Shown: positions 24,301 through 35,397, numbered from the whole stretch's first letter. The stretch: 61,727 nt of DNA, filler included, from an uncultured virus (IMG/VR IMGVR_UViG_2061766007_002345) (7 parts of one record of this genome joined end to end with filler, not necessarily neighbours in it); one strand, 5' to 3'. Translations and numbers: made by a program. The notes: generated by a model from the sequence alone, not told the origin.

Positions 24301-25036
24301 ACAAATAGAATTAATTATACTAAGATTGACAGAATTAGAAGGTTTGTAAATATTGAGTATAATAAGAAAAACAATAAACTTGATTTCCCTATCGTTAAGT
24401 TTGTTAAGGAAGCACAGAAGTTTGCAAATGAACATCCTACTGTAACTCAAAATGATATTAATGTATGGCTTGCAAATTATACTGTAGCATATGTNNNNNN
24501 NNNNNNNNNNNNNNNNNNNNNNNNNNNNNNNTCTTGAATCAATGTTCAGTATTGTTCAGGATCTTTGGAAAGTAGTTGTAAATCAAGGCAGGCCAGGTAA
24601 GGAAGGACAAATTCTTATATCTCCCGTTGATTTAAAGTGGGATAGAAAGGATTTAATAAGAGATACTTATGGTACAGAAACTACTCATGAATTCTTTATT
24701 CAGAATCTTGAAGATGAAATGAAGAAAGATATTTCTGAAGAAGTAGATGTTCCTCTTCCTGAATTTGATAAAAAAGGTAAGGTTACTCTTGAAAGTATTA
24801 AGGGAGATATTAAGAATATTGTACATGAAGGATTTGACTATTCTGTATATTCAGAGCAGGATAATTCTAATGCAAGATTTATTAACCGTCAGAACAGTAG
24901 CCGCAAGGATGATTTAATGAAGAATCTGAAAGAAGAAACAGATAAGGTTGAAAAAGAAAAAGTTGAGCAAAAAGATAAAGATGATTACAGTTTATTCTCA
25001 GATAAAGACTTAAATAGTGAGGATTTACCAATTTAA
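21350..25036 (+). CDS. Primase (VirE-N/BT4734-like AEP) fused to SF2 DExH helicase; one gene broken by two gaps
   Basis: NGLQIIDID and SSSKRSLHVW primase motifs; AGAGYGKT Walker A; VIDESH; LMTGTP; QYANRLR motif VI. Confidence 0.75.
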
Positions 25037-25075
25037 TTTTTATTTTTATGTACAAGATTATATATAGAGTTAAAA

Positions 25076-25714
25076 ATGGATTCATTACAATTAATAAGCT
25101 CAATTAATGAGCGTATATCAGAGTTAGATACTAAAATAGTAAAAACTTCTAAATCAGCATCTGTAGCATTTTCATACTTATATTCTAAGATAAATGAATT
25201 TAATAAAACAGATACTGATTTAGAAAATAAAATTCAATTTACAAATGAAAGGTTAACATATCTTTCTTCTAAAGCAGACATAATCGGTAATAATTCTTAT
25301 TCATATTTTGTTACAATATCTAATGATTTAGATAATGTAATAAATAGTACAGTTACTACTACAGTTAAATCAATACAAGATGAACTTGATGACATAAGAA
25401 AAGATATTAATGAACTTAGAGAAAAATTAGTAGATATTGAAAAAGTACCTGAAAGATATATTGTAGTTAAGAAAGAAAAAACTACATTTCGTCAAATGTT
25501 GAGTAATATTTCTGATTTTTTCTTTAAATTATTTCATGCTAAAAAGATAAAGCAAGAAAGAATTGAACAGGAAAGATTAGAACAAGAAAGACGCGAAATA
25601 GAAAAACAGGCGCAAATTGAATTAGAAATACAAAGGAAGGTTGAAGAAGAAAAGAGAAATGCAGAAGCCAAAAAGAAAATTAAAGAATTAANNNNNNNNN
25701 NNNNNNNNNNNTAA
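25076..25714 (+). CDS. Coiled-coil hypothetical protein
   Basis: 212-aa ORF, EQER repeats. Confidence 0.65.
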   Translation: MDSLQLISSINERISELDTKIVKTSKSASVAFSYLYSKINEFNKTDTDLENKIQFTNERLTYLSSKADIIGNNSYSYFVTISNDLDNVINSTVTTTVKSIQDELDDIRKDINELREKLVDIEKVPERYIVVKKEKTTFRQMLSNISDFFFKLFHAKKIKQERIEQERLEQERREIEKQAQIELEIQRKVEEEKRNAEAKKKIKELXXXXXXX

Positions 25715-25988
25715 TATTATTAATCAGTTTAGCATCAACAGGTTTCTGTATTTATACTGCAATTAATATAAAGAATAAAACAGATATCATAATTAAAAAC
25801 AATGATGCTGTTACTGAATTATATAAAGAAATAGCAGANNNNNNNNNNNNNNNNNNNNNNNNNNNNNNAATAATCCTGCTGAATTTACTAATAGATTTTC
25901 TGTTGTAGAATTCCGTTTAAAGAAAATGGAAGATATACTTTCTACATTTAATAACGGATTCAGATATAATGAAGCTTGGATGCGATAA

Positions 25989-26911
25989 TTAATTGCGATA
26001 TTTTGCGGNNNNNNNNNNNNNNNNNNNNNNNNNNNNNNNNNNNNNNNNNNNNNNNNNNNNNNNNNNNNNNNNTTTATTAATTTCATTAATAATTTTCTCA
26101 CAATTAATTACTTTATATATATCTTCAATGGTCCAGTATGATAACTCGAAATCCTCGGGAATTATACTGGTCCATCCTTTTTTAAATGAGTTTTTGAATA
26201 GATTTTTCTCTAATTCTTTAACTTCANNNNNNNNNNNNNNNNNNNNNNNNNNNNNNNNNNNNNNNGTATTGCTTTCCACAATGTTTCTACACTTATAAAA
26301 TGATCAGGATTACCATCTTTAAAACAGTAAGAAGCAATTTCAAATGGATCTAATGTAATAAATTCTTCTTTATATTTGGAAAAATCTTTTTTATATACAT
26401 ATCGATATAAAGCAGTCGGNNNNNNNNNNNNNNNNTCTTCTAACAAATTTTTATTACGTTCATCTGTATGATTTAAAATCATATTAGTAAACATAATTTT
26501 AGCACCTACTTTATATTTAGATTCATTTTCCCTATAATCAGGACACCAATATCTGAAAGCAGTATATAACTTATCCCACATCACCATAAAATCACATTGT
26601 ACATACTTAATTTCGTCCATATCTTGATATGGATACTTAATTGAGATAATGTATAGAGATTCCATTTGGATTGATTCTAGGTACCCGAAAACATCATTTA
26701 TAATAGTATTTAATGCTTCTATATTCTGACAGTTAATAGCGATATCGATATCACCATTATAATCATCATCTTTTCTTTTACCAACAGATCCAATAAACAA
26801 ATAATCAATATCAGGATACTTTTCTAAAATTTTATCCATTATTTCTTGTTGTACTTTAGGAGCAAGACTACTTTTTATTGGTTGTGTATTTAAAAAGACT
26901 CTATTACTCAT
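25989..26911 (-). CDS. Pol-beta superfamily nucleotidyltransferase (gapped)
   Basis: FIGSVGK...GDIDIAI (GS-x-DxD) and YVQCDFM third-carboxylate strand. Confidence 0.7.
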
Positions 26912-27432
26912 TAGATTTAATNNNNNNNNNNNNNNNNNNNNNNNNNNNNNNNNNNNNNNNNNNNNNNNNNNNNNNNNNNNNNNNNNNNNNNNNNNNNNNN
27001 NNNNNNNNNNNNNNNNNNNNNNNNNNNNNNNNNNNNNNNNNNNNNNNNNNNNNNNNNNNNNNNNNNNNNNNNNNNNNNNNNNNNNNNNNNNNNNNNNNNN
27101 NNNNNNNNNNNNNNNNNNNNNNNNNNNNNNNNNNNNNNNNNNNNNNNNNNNNNNNNNNNNNNNNNNNNNNNNNNNNNNNNNNNNNNNNNNNNNNNNNNNN
27201 NNNNNNNNNNNNNNNNNNNNNNNNNNNNNNNNNNNNNNNNNNNNNNNNNNNNNNNNNNNNNNNNNNNNNNNNNNNNNNNNNNNNNNNNNNNNNNNNNNNN
27301 NNNNNNNNNNNNNNNNNNNNNNNNNNNNNNNNNNNNNNNNNNNNNNNNNNNNNNNNNNNNNNNNNNNNNNNNNNNNNNNNNNNNNNNNNNNNNNNNNNNN
27401 NNNNNNNNNNNNNNNNNNNNNNNNNNNNNNNN

Positions 27433-27580
27433 TCGGGAAGGATAGGATTCGAACCTACGTAGGTTTAACCAGCGGACTTACCCATGAAGTATCTGATAAC
27501 TTCACCATATGAAACAGTCAAAGGAACAAACGTTACAGTACAAAATCTCCGCCGCATTTGACCACTTTGCTACTTCCCGA
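27433..27580 (-). ncRNA. tRNA-shaped RNA (Tyr-like body) with 71-nt insert replacing the anticodon loop; candidate Ro60-binding Y RNA
   Basis: Terminal stem TCGGGAAG/CTTCCCGA, D arm GCAAAGTGGTCAAATGC, stem GCGGA/TCCGC enclosing 71 nt, long variable arm, T arm GTAGG-TTCGAAT-CCTAT. Confidence 0.8.
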
Positions 27581-27590
27581 TAATAAACAG

Positions 27591-27623
27591 CTTTCGCTGA
27601 AGGATATTACTCCTCAGCGAAAG
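27591..27623 (-). other. Strong hairpin overlapping the TROVE stop codon, about 10 nt upstream of the ncRNA
   Basis: CTTTCGCTGA(A)GGA...TCCTCAGCGAAAG inverted repeat. Confidence 0.6.
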
Positions 27624-29016
27624 TGTTCTCAATGCCTTCATAAGCTGCGATGTAAGTAAGGAAGTGCTCACTCCATCCGCTAATTTCAGCAGTCCATACA
27701 CCTCTGTAATTTACACCCTTTGTGTGGGCAGAAATATCACAGATGTAATTATATTTTCCGAAAGGCTTAGGAAGTTCCTTACTGTAATCACAATCCTGAG
27801 AGTCAGAGAAAATGATTACTCTGTCAAATCCCTTACCATAAAGGTCCTTGTTATCCTTGCACCAGTTAAGACACTGACGGGTGAAAATACCACCCCAACC
27901 GATATTGCTGCTTGTAGCAGTAATCTGTTTTGCAAGGTCAAAGCCCTTCTTAGGATACTTAATCCATTCAGATGCCTGGATTCTGGTACCACCATTACCA
28001 GCAGTAGCTACAAGTTCAAAGTCTTCACACTGGTTAGCTGCAAGCATAGCCATTGCGCAAGCCTGATCAAGTCTACTGAAGTTAGAGCCAGAAGAAGTAA
28101 GGCTACCCATTGAACCTGATACGTCGACAATAAACAATGTACGACCTGGAAGTTTTGGAAGATTCTTGTAAGAATTTACCATAGCATCAGAAATCTGAGT
28201 ATTGAACTCAGGAGCAAATCTTGCTGCCTTAAGGAAGTCAAGAGGAAGAAGCATAGTACCGTTAAGGTTCATAAGTCCTTCATTGATAATCTTTCTATCA
28301 ACGCTAGCCTGCATCATATTTCTGATGTTCATAAGTGTTGCCTTGCCACCAAGCTTACCTTCAGTGATAAGTCTCTCCCAAGTAGCCTTCTTATCCTTAC
28401 CGGCAGAAAGTGCTACTTCCCAAGTATCAGGAGTTGCAAGAGTACGTTCTGCAATCTTCTTGAAGAGATCCTCTTCATACTTGTTAACTGGTCTAGGGTG
28501 ACAAAGGAACATAACGTCACGAAGTTTTACTTCGGCATCACGGTCATACTTTGCAAATTTATACTCGTTGAAGTTATGGAATGCTTCAGCAAGACCCTTC
28601 TTAGCCTTATTACAGATAGCAGAACTTTTTCCGTTCTCCTTCCAATAAAGAGCTACAAAGTCAGTAAGCATATCAGCACGGGTGATAATCTCAGGAAGGA
28701 GCTTATCAACATATTTACGTGTTGCATCATACTTACACATTTCTACAGCAATGAAAAGAGGAGTATGACGAAGCTTCTGTACAAGTCTTGCTTCACGAGC
28801 GAGATTGTAAACATCTTCAGCATTACAAAGCGGAATCAATCTCTTGATTTCATTAGCTACGGATTTACCATCCATATATGCTACATCTTCCCAAAGAAGA
28901 TTAGCAAGAACAGCACGTCTAAGAAGTGCAATATTGCTTTGTACAGCTGCCGCCATANNNNNNNNNNNNNNNNNNNNNNNNNNNGTTGGCTTTACAGTAG
29001 GATTAATTTTACTCAT
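27607..29016 (-). CDS. Ro60/Rsr-like TROVE + vWA domain RNA-binding protein
   Basis: LRHTPL, AFHNFNEYKFAKY, LRDVMFLCHPRP, TPDTWEVALS; vWA MIDAS VDVSGSM and IIFSDSQ. Confidence 0.9.
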   Translation of the reverse strand: MSKINPTVKPXXXXXXXXXXMAAAVQSNIALLRRAVLANLLWEDVAYMDGKSVANEIKRLIPLCNAEDVYNLAREARLVQKLRHTPLFIAVEMCKYDATRKYVDKLLPEIITRADMLTDFVALYWKENGKSSAICNKAKKGLAEAFHNFNEYKFAKYDRDAEVKLRDVMFLCHPRPVNKYEEDLFKKIAERTLATPDTWEVALSAGKDKKATWERLITEGKLGGKATLMNIRNMMQASVDRKIINEGLMNLNGTMLLPLDFLKAARFAPEFNTQISDAMVNSYKNLPKLPGRTLFIVDVSGSMGSLTSSGSNFSRLDQACAMAMLAANQCEDFELVATAGNGGTRIQASEWIKYPKKGFDLAKQITATSSNIGWGGIFTRQCLNWCKDNKDLYGKGFDRVIIFSDSQDCDYSKELPKPFGKYNYICDISAHTKGVNYRGVWTAEISGWSEHFLTYIAAYEGIENTFAEE

Positions 29017-29065
29017 AATTGTTTGTTTTAGATATTTTTGTTTTGTTTTTATTGTTTACATTATA

Positions 29066-29095
29066 ATTATAGGAAAAATATTTCAATTAATTCAA
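29066..29095 (-). promoter_or_regulatory. Phage promoter upstream of TROVE (TTGAAT-N17-CTATAAT)
   Basis: Recurrent consensus. Confidence 0.6.
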
Positions 29096-29422
29096 AATAA
29101 TTTCACCTAAAGCAGTAATTATTTTAATATTTTTATTTGCTTTTTCAAATTCTTCTTTAGTTAACATATATGTACCTGACAGTCGTTGCTTAATATTATT
29201 CCATATATTATCATCTTTATAGTAAAAATTTGATACAGAAATTTCTTTTTTCATAGCAATACTTTATAGTCAGAATGTACATTAATAAAAATACTATTCC
29301 AAATTTTAGAATCTTTTTTAAATTTACTGTCTAATTTATTTTCTGGAGGATCATCCATACAAAGATATAAATAAGTGCCATTTGAACTATTAAAATACAA
29401 ATGGTCACTTGTATCCTTACCG

Positions 29423-29803
29423 TTAATTTTTGTGATATTTAAGTTTCCTTTTAACAGCTTTTCTATTTTCACTTATCTTCTGCTTTAATGAATTTTTTCG
29501 TTGAATCTTATTTGGAATATTTGGCCTGGTTTTAAGGATCTCTCTTAGTACCTCTTCATCAGCCCAATAATATTCTGTTGGATAATTATCCGGCCAAATT
29601 TCACGAACTAAAACATATTTATCAATATATTCTTTAAAGCGGGCTTCATAATCATCGTCATAATGATAATCCCGGAAATATGTTCTACGCCATGTATCAA
29701 AATGACGAATAAAACTAATAAGTTGTTCAGTAGTCAGCTTTTCAAGATCTTCACGTTCATATGCAAAGTTCTTAATTCTATTTTTATCACCTAAATCTAT
29801 CAT
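29423..29803 (-). CDS. Hypothetical protein
   Basis: 126-aa ORF. Confidence 0.65.
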   Translation of the reverse strand: MIDLGDKNRIKNFAYEREDLEKLTTEQLISFIRHFDTWRRTYFRDYHYDDDYEARFKEYIDKYVLVREIWPDNYPTEYYWADEEVLREILKTRPNIPNKIQRKNSLKQKISENRKAVKRKLKYHKN

Positions 29804-30037
29804 AATTACTTAATTTCTTTCCACCNNNNNNNNNNNNNNNNNNNNNNNNNNNNNNNNNNATAACTACATCAGATACTGACATACTATGTCCGAAGAAATC
29901 CTGTGGATGATTAATATTAAATTTAGTAAAAAGCTTTTCAAGAATATCAAAATCATTTTCACCTTCTTCTTCCCCCTCATATATTTTTTGATACAAACTA
30001 AAATCAAACCCTCCACAATATTTTTCAAGAAAATCCC
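29787..30037 (-). CDS. YodL-like domain protein (partial)
   Basis: FNINHPQDFFGHSMSVSDVV signature. Confidence 0.7.
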
Positions 30038-30137
30038 NNNNNNNNNNNNNNNNNNNNNNNNNNNNNNNNNNNNNNNNNNNNTTAATTAATTAANNNNNNN
30101 NNNNNNNNNNNNNNNNNNNNNNNNNNNNNNNNNNNNN

Positions 30138-30897
30138 TAGTTATCATTTCTCTTATATAATACTTAGGCATACAATCCATTACATAAAGTACAGGTTTAA
30201 GTTCACAAGCATTAATATAATTATAATCAGTAGCTCTTGGATAACCAACTCTACTATTCTTTTCATAATATACAGTAGGAGTTGTTTCATGTGTATGACC
30301 TACAATCTGAGTCCATTGTATACCTTCTTCATCCTTATACATATCACTAAGTAATGCATTAGGACGAACCCAAATAGGAGAAGCATATGGAGTATCGCCA
30401 TACCAATCACCACCACCAGCATATGTAAATCTAAGATTAAACAGATTAACAGAATTAAGGTATAATAATTCTATTCCATCCATTCTATTCTCTTTAAGCC
30501 AGGTATTCGTAATGCCTGCATGAGAATAAAGAGTCTTAGAAGTATAATCATATTCAACAAGTTTAAGAATATGTTTATCCCATAATTCTTTAAGTTGTTC
30601 ATGTGCCCATAGATCATATCCCTTATTATATCCAGAATACTGTTCTAGACCATACATAAGATAATGATAATCATGATTACCAAGTAATAGTATAAAATCT
30701 CCATTTTTAAAATCAGAAAGATGTTCTTTTCTGAGAGCAAGAAGATTAGTAAATGCTTCTTTAATACTATCTACAGAACCATGAAAATTATCANNNNNNN
30801 NNNNNNNNNNNNNNNNNNNNNNNTCATCTTGATAAATCTGATTAAGACTATCAAAATGACCATGAAAATCACCAAATATTAATCTTTTATATAACAT
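30138..30897 (-). CDS. Calcineurin-like metallophosphoesterase
   Basis: GDFHGH, LLGNHD, SHAG, VGHTH motifs. Confidence 0.85.
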
Positions 30898-30965
30898 TTT
30901 ATTAAGCTGCATCCTTAAGTGAATTAAAATATTCCTTTAATTCATTAAGTTTATTTTTTGTTTTT

Positions 30966-32163
30966 TCAATTTCTTTTTNNNNNNNNNNNNNNNNNNNNNN
31001 NNNNNNNNNNNNNNTACTTAGAATCATTCTTTTTAATATATCCAAGTTCTGCTAGTTTTTCATACATTTCATCAGTTAAAATATATGTACGACCATAATA
31101 AGTAGGACGAAAATATGAATGTGAACGAATTTTTGTATCTAATGTAAATTTATCAGGTAAATCGCCAAATCTATCATCTTCTCTAACATTCCCATATATA
31201 ATATCCCCCTTTACATTAGAGAATTTTTCTTTAAGTTCTTTTAATGTAAGTGGATTATCAAAATATTTTTCATCATAACCATAATACTGTATACTTTCTG
31301 CATAAGACTTTGCACCAGTAAATTTCCAACCCTTTGCCTCCACTTCTTTTTTGTATTCTTCAACCATTTTATCAATTTCTTCTGGATTTCTTTTATTAAG
31401 GCTCCATTCAAAATTAATAAACATATTTGAATAATCTAAATCAGTTTTAAGCTCTTTAAGTTTATCTTTCAACTCAATGATTTCATCATTAGTTTTTGTT
31501 TTTTCATAAAGAANNNNNNNNNNNNNNNNNNNNNNNNNNNNNNNNNNNNNNNNNNNNNNNNNNNNNNNNNTCATTATTAATTTCTAATCCTGCATCTTCA
31601 TAATAACAATCAGATCTTGAACGATAACTTCCATTACCGTCAAGGATAAGCATATTTCCGTTAATATATAAATTTGATTGTACATTTACACCACTATATT
31701 GACCATAAGAAATTCCCATTGAATCATGGTTATCATAATGCATCAAATTAATTTTAATAATATTATCGCAAAATTCGCACATAATTAATTAAATTTAAGT
31801 TCATTATACTTATACTTCTCATGTGTCTCCTTATTTTCATAAACAAAATAAGAAGTCATTTCATCAACATAAACAGGAACTTTTTCTACAGTTACCTTCT
31901 CACCGGTATTTTTTACAATCGCATTCATATTACTCTTCTTTTGGTTTATTTTCAAATGAAAAAAATTCAGGTTCATTTTCCCAGTTGAAATTCGATTTTG
32001 CAATAATATCTTTCATAATATTATATACAACTGAATCAAGGTATAACTCACCTTCCCACTTACCAGTTTTTTCATTACGTGTAGGCTGTTTTACAAACAA
32101 TGAAATAAATCCATTCTTATTAACAGCTACCCAACATTCTCTACTTTTATTTGCCATATTCAA
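30966..32163 (-). CDS. Run of small hypothetical genes (about 30966-31574, 31504-31782, 31785-31928, 31930-32163)
   Basis: Tightly packed ORFs downstream of promoter at 32179. Confidence 0.55.
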
Positions 32164-32178
32164 TACAATTTATATATT

Positions 32179-32215
32179 AATATAGAAAATAAAAGGGGAA
32201 ATTCAATTTCCCCTT
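32179..32215 (-). promoter_or_regulatory. Fused terminator (after dnaJ) and promoter TTGAAT-N15-CTATATT
   Basis: Hairpin AAGGGGAAATT/AATTTCCCCTT contains the -35 box; its T tail forms the spacer. Confidence 0.65.
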
Positions 32216-32218
32216 ATT

Positions 32219-33259
32219 TTATTTATGCAATTTCTTAATATCTTCCAGCAACTTTTCTTCCTTAGAAGTTATTGCAGTAGGATAGGTAACATTAATTACC
32301 AATACATAATTTCCATGATTCAATCCCTTATCATGTACCGTTATCTGTTTACCGTCAGAAGAACACTTAGGAATCTTTACTTTAATCTTTTCCTTATTAG
32401 GAAGAACTACTTCTTTTTCANNNNNNNNNNNNNNNNNNNNNNNNNNNTGTACTACCGTTTACACGATATTTGCTTTGATCAAATTGATAAATAAATGTAA
32501 CAATTAAGTCACCATTTACTCCTTTAGGATCCCTTGATTCATATCCGGCATTATCAATCTTAATCTGTTGGCCTTCCTGAACACCCTTAGGAATAGTTAC
32601 CTTAACAGTCTTATGTTGTTTCTTTACACCAGTACCTCCACATTCCTTACATACTTCCTCAACAGTAGTTCCTTTACCTTGACAATAAGGACAAGGACGG
32701 GAAGTCTGCATAGTGCTCCAACCATTAGAACGAGTTTCAGTAATCATACCTGAACCATGACAATGAGGACAAGTCTTTAGTCCATGTCCACCTTGACCAC
32801 CGCAATGCCCGCAACGGGTTTCAATATCATATTCAACATCTCTGGTAGCACCATTATAAATTTCTTCAAGTGTTACACCAAGTTGCATATTGATTGTTGC
32901 GCCTGGTTCATGACGTTCTGCTCTAGATCCTCTACCACCTCTTCCACGGAAGATATTAAAAATATCATCAGCATCCATATCTCCCATACCACCGAAGTTA
33001 AATCCAGGGAATCCAGAGAATCCGCTGGAGAAATCAGGAACATCATCTACTGTACCATAAGTATCATACTTTCTCTTTTTATCAGGATCAGAAAGTACAG
33101 CATATGCTTCAGCGATTTCTTTAAATTTTTCTTCAGCTTCTTTCTTTTTATCTTCTGATTCATTAGCATGACGATCTGGATGCCATTTTAAAGCTGCTTT
33201 CTTATAAGCAGATTTAATATCAGCTTCAGATGCATTCTTACTAACTCCTAGAATTCCAT
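32219..33259 (-). CDS. dnaJ: DnaJ co-chaperone (start in gap)
   Basis: J domain with WHPD, G/F-rich region, four CxxCxGxG zinc-finger repeats, C-terminal domain read to TAA at 32219. Confidence 0.92.
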
Positions 33260-33392
33260 NNNNNNNNNNNNNNNNNNNNNNNNNNNNNNNNNNNNNNNNN
33301 NNNNNNNNNNNNNNNNNNNNNNNNNNNNNNNNNNNNNNNNNNNNNNNNNNNNNNNNNNNNNNNNNNNNNNNNNNNNNNNNNNNNNNNNNNNN

Positions 33393-35283
33393 AAAAGGAT
33401 TACCACTTACATTTTCAAAAGGATTTGCTCCACCTTCAGGTGCAGGACCTGCTTCGCCATTCTGAGGCTGTGCAGCAGCTGCAGCATCCTGATAAATCTT
33501 GGTGATAATAGGCTGGAATACCTTTTCAAGATTCTCCTTAGCAGGACGGATTTCATCAAGCTTACGAGTTTTCAACTTCTCTTCAAGTTCATCAAGAAGA
33601 GGCTTGATTTCAGCACGCTGCTCATCAGTAATCTTTTCCTTGAACTGTTCACCGTCAAGAGTATTCTTTACCTGGAAAGCAAAGGTCTCCATCTGATTAA
33701 GTTCCTCAATTTCCTTCATCTTCTTCTCGTCTTCTGCTTTGAACTTCTCAGCATCAGCCTTAATCTTTTCAATCTCTTCCTTAGAAAGAGAATTCTGATT
33801 ATTGATAGTGATATGCTGCTCCTTCTTAGTAGCAAGGTCAGTTGCACTTACACTAAGGATACCATTAGCATCAATATCAAACTTAACTTCAATCTGAGGA
33901 ACATGAGCAGGAGCAGGAGCAATACCGTCAAGGTCGAAGCGACCAATAACCTTATTATCCTTACTCATAGGACGCTCACCCTGGAGAACTACGATAGATA
34001 CAGCAGGCTGGTTGTCAACTGCGGTAGTAAATACCTGAGTCTTATTTGTAGGAATAGTAGTATTAGCAGGAATAAGGGTAGTCATAACTTCACCCATAGT
34101 CTCAATACCAAGAGAAATAGGAGTTACATCAAGAAGAAGAACAGCATCTTCAGAACCTTCACCACCAACAATAGTGTTTGCCTGCTTAGCAGCACCAAGT
34201 GCTACAGCTTCATCAAAGTTTGCAGTCTTATTAAGAGGCTTACCAAACTCCTTAGCAAGAGCTTCCTGAACAGCAGGGATACGGCTTGANNNNNNNNNNN
34301 NNNNNNNNNNNNNNNNNNNNTGTAAGTGCCTGGCGAGCACAATCAACAACCTTCTGAGTAAGGTCAGCAGTAAGAGCTTCAAACTTTGCGCGAGTCAAAG
34401 TCATAACAAGCATCTGAGGGACACCATCAAGAGAAGTAATATAAGGAAGATTAATTTCAGTAGAAGTAGTAGAAGAAAGTTCGCACTTTGCCTTCTCAGC
34501 AGCTTCAATTACACGAGCCATAGCCATATGATCCTTAGAAAGATCACATCCATTGCTCTTCTTGAATTCCTCAACAATCCAATCAGTAACTGCCTTATCA
34601 TAGTTACTACCACCAAGGAATACATCACCAAATGATGCAAGAACCTCGATAACACCGTCAGAAACCTCACAGATACTTACATCTTCAGTACCACCACCAA
34701 GGTCATTAACCATAACTATTTTAGAACCATTCTTAACATCAATGTCAGAAGAAAGAATAGCAGCAGTAGGCTCATTAATTACACGAAGAACATTAAGACC
34801 TGCAAGTTCGCCTGCAGTCTTAACAGCATTTCTCTGAACATCATTATACCAAGCAGGGCAGGTAATAACAACATCCTTTACATCTTCATTGTAATAATCA
34901 TGTGCAATCTTGACCATATGTTCAAGATACATAGCAGAAATCTGTTCAGGAGTATAAGTCTTATCATCAATCTTTACTCTTGGACGACCATTATCATTTA
35001 CAACTTCATAGGTAACACTCTTCATAGTCTTCTGTGCATCAGCATCAGAATACTCTACACCCATGAAACGTTTAATCAAATTAACTGTGTTTTTAGGATT
35101 CATGATTGCAGAACGTTTGGCAGAATCACCAATCTTACGTTCATCACCCTTCAAAAAGACCATAGAAGGGGTGGTCCTACGACCTTCACCATTTTCAATA
35201 ACCTTAGACTTACCATTTTCGGTAATTGCTACACATAGTGTACTGGTACCCAAATCGATACCGCAAGTTCTTTTGTTGCTCAT
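33393..35283 (-). CDS. dnaK: DnaK/Hsp70 chaperone (frame broken by gap at 34290-34320)
   Basis: [54 protein letters not shown]. Confidence 0.95.
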
Positions 35284-35367
35284 AATAATTATGTTTAAAT
35301 ATTTTTAGTTGCTCAATCTAGCTTTACACTAGATTGTAATTAATAATAAATGTTTCTTTCAAATTTT

Positions 35368-35397
35368 AATATAGGAATTACTTCTTCAAAAATTCAA
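35368..35397 (-). promoter_or_regulatory. Phage promoter upstream of dnaK (TTGAAT-N17-CTATATT)
   Basis: Recurrent consensus. Confidence 0.6.

Noticed and set aside
21350..25036. Programmed frameshifts or pseudogenisation in primase-helicase, glf, nadE, prs, ndk
   Set aside because: Every frame change falls in an N run, so it cannot be supported.
27477..27547. Self-splicing or archaeal-type intron in tRNA-Tyr (CTGTAAC occurs inside the insert)
   Set aside because: Far too short for group I/II, no clear bulge-helix-bulge, and a single excision does not restore CTGTAA between the stem arms; kept only as a minor alternative.
32418..34382. Apparent DnaK-DnaJ fusion ORF and split DnaK
   Set aside because: Both arise from N gaps of inexact length that hide the stop/start and shift the frame.
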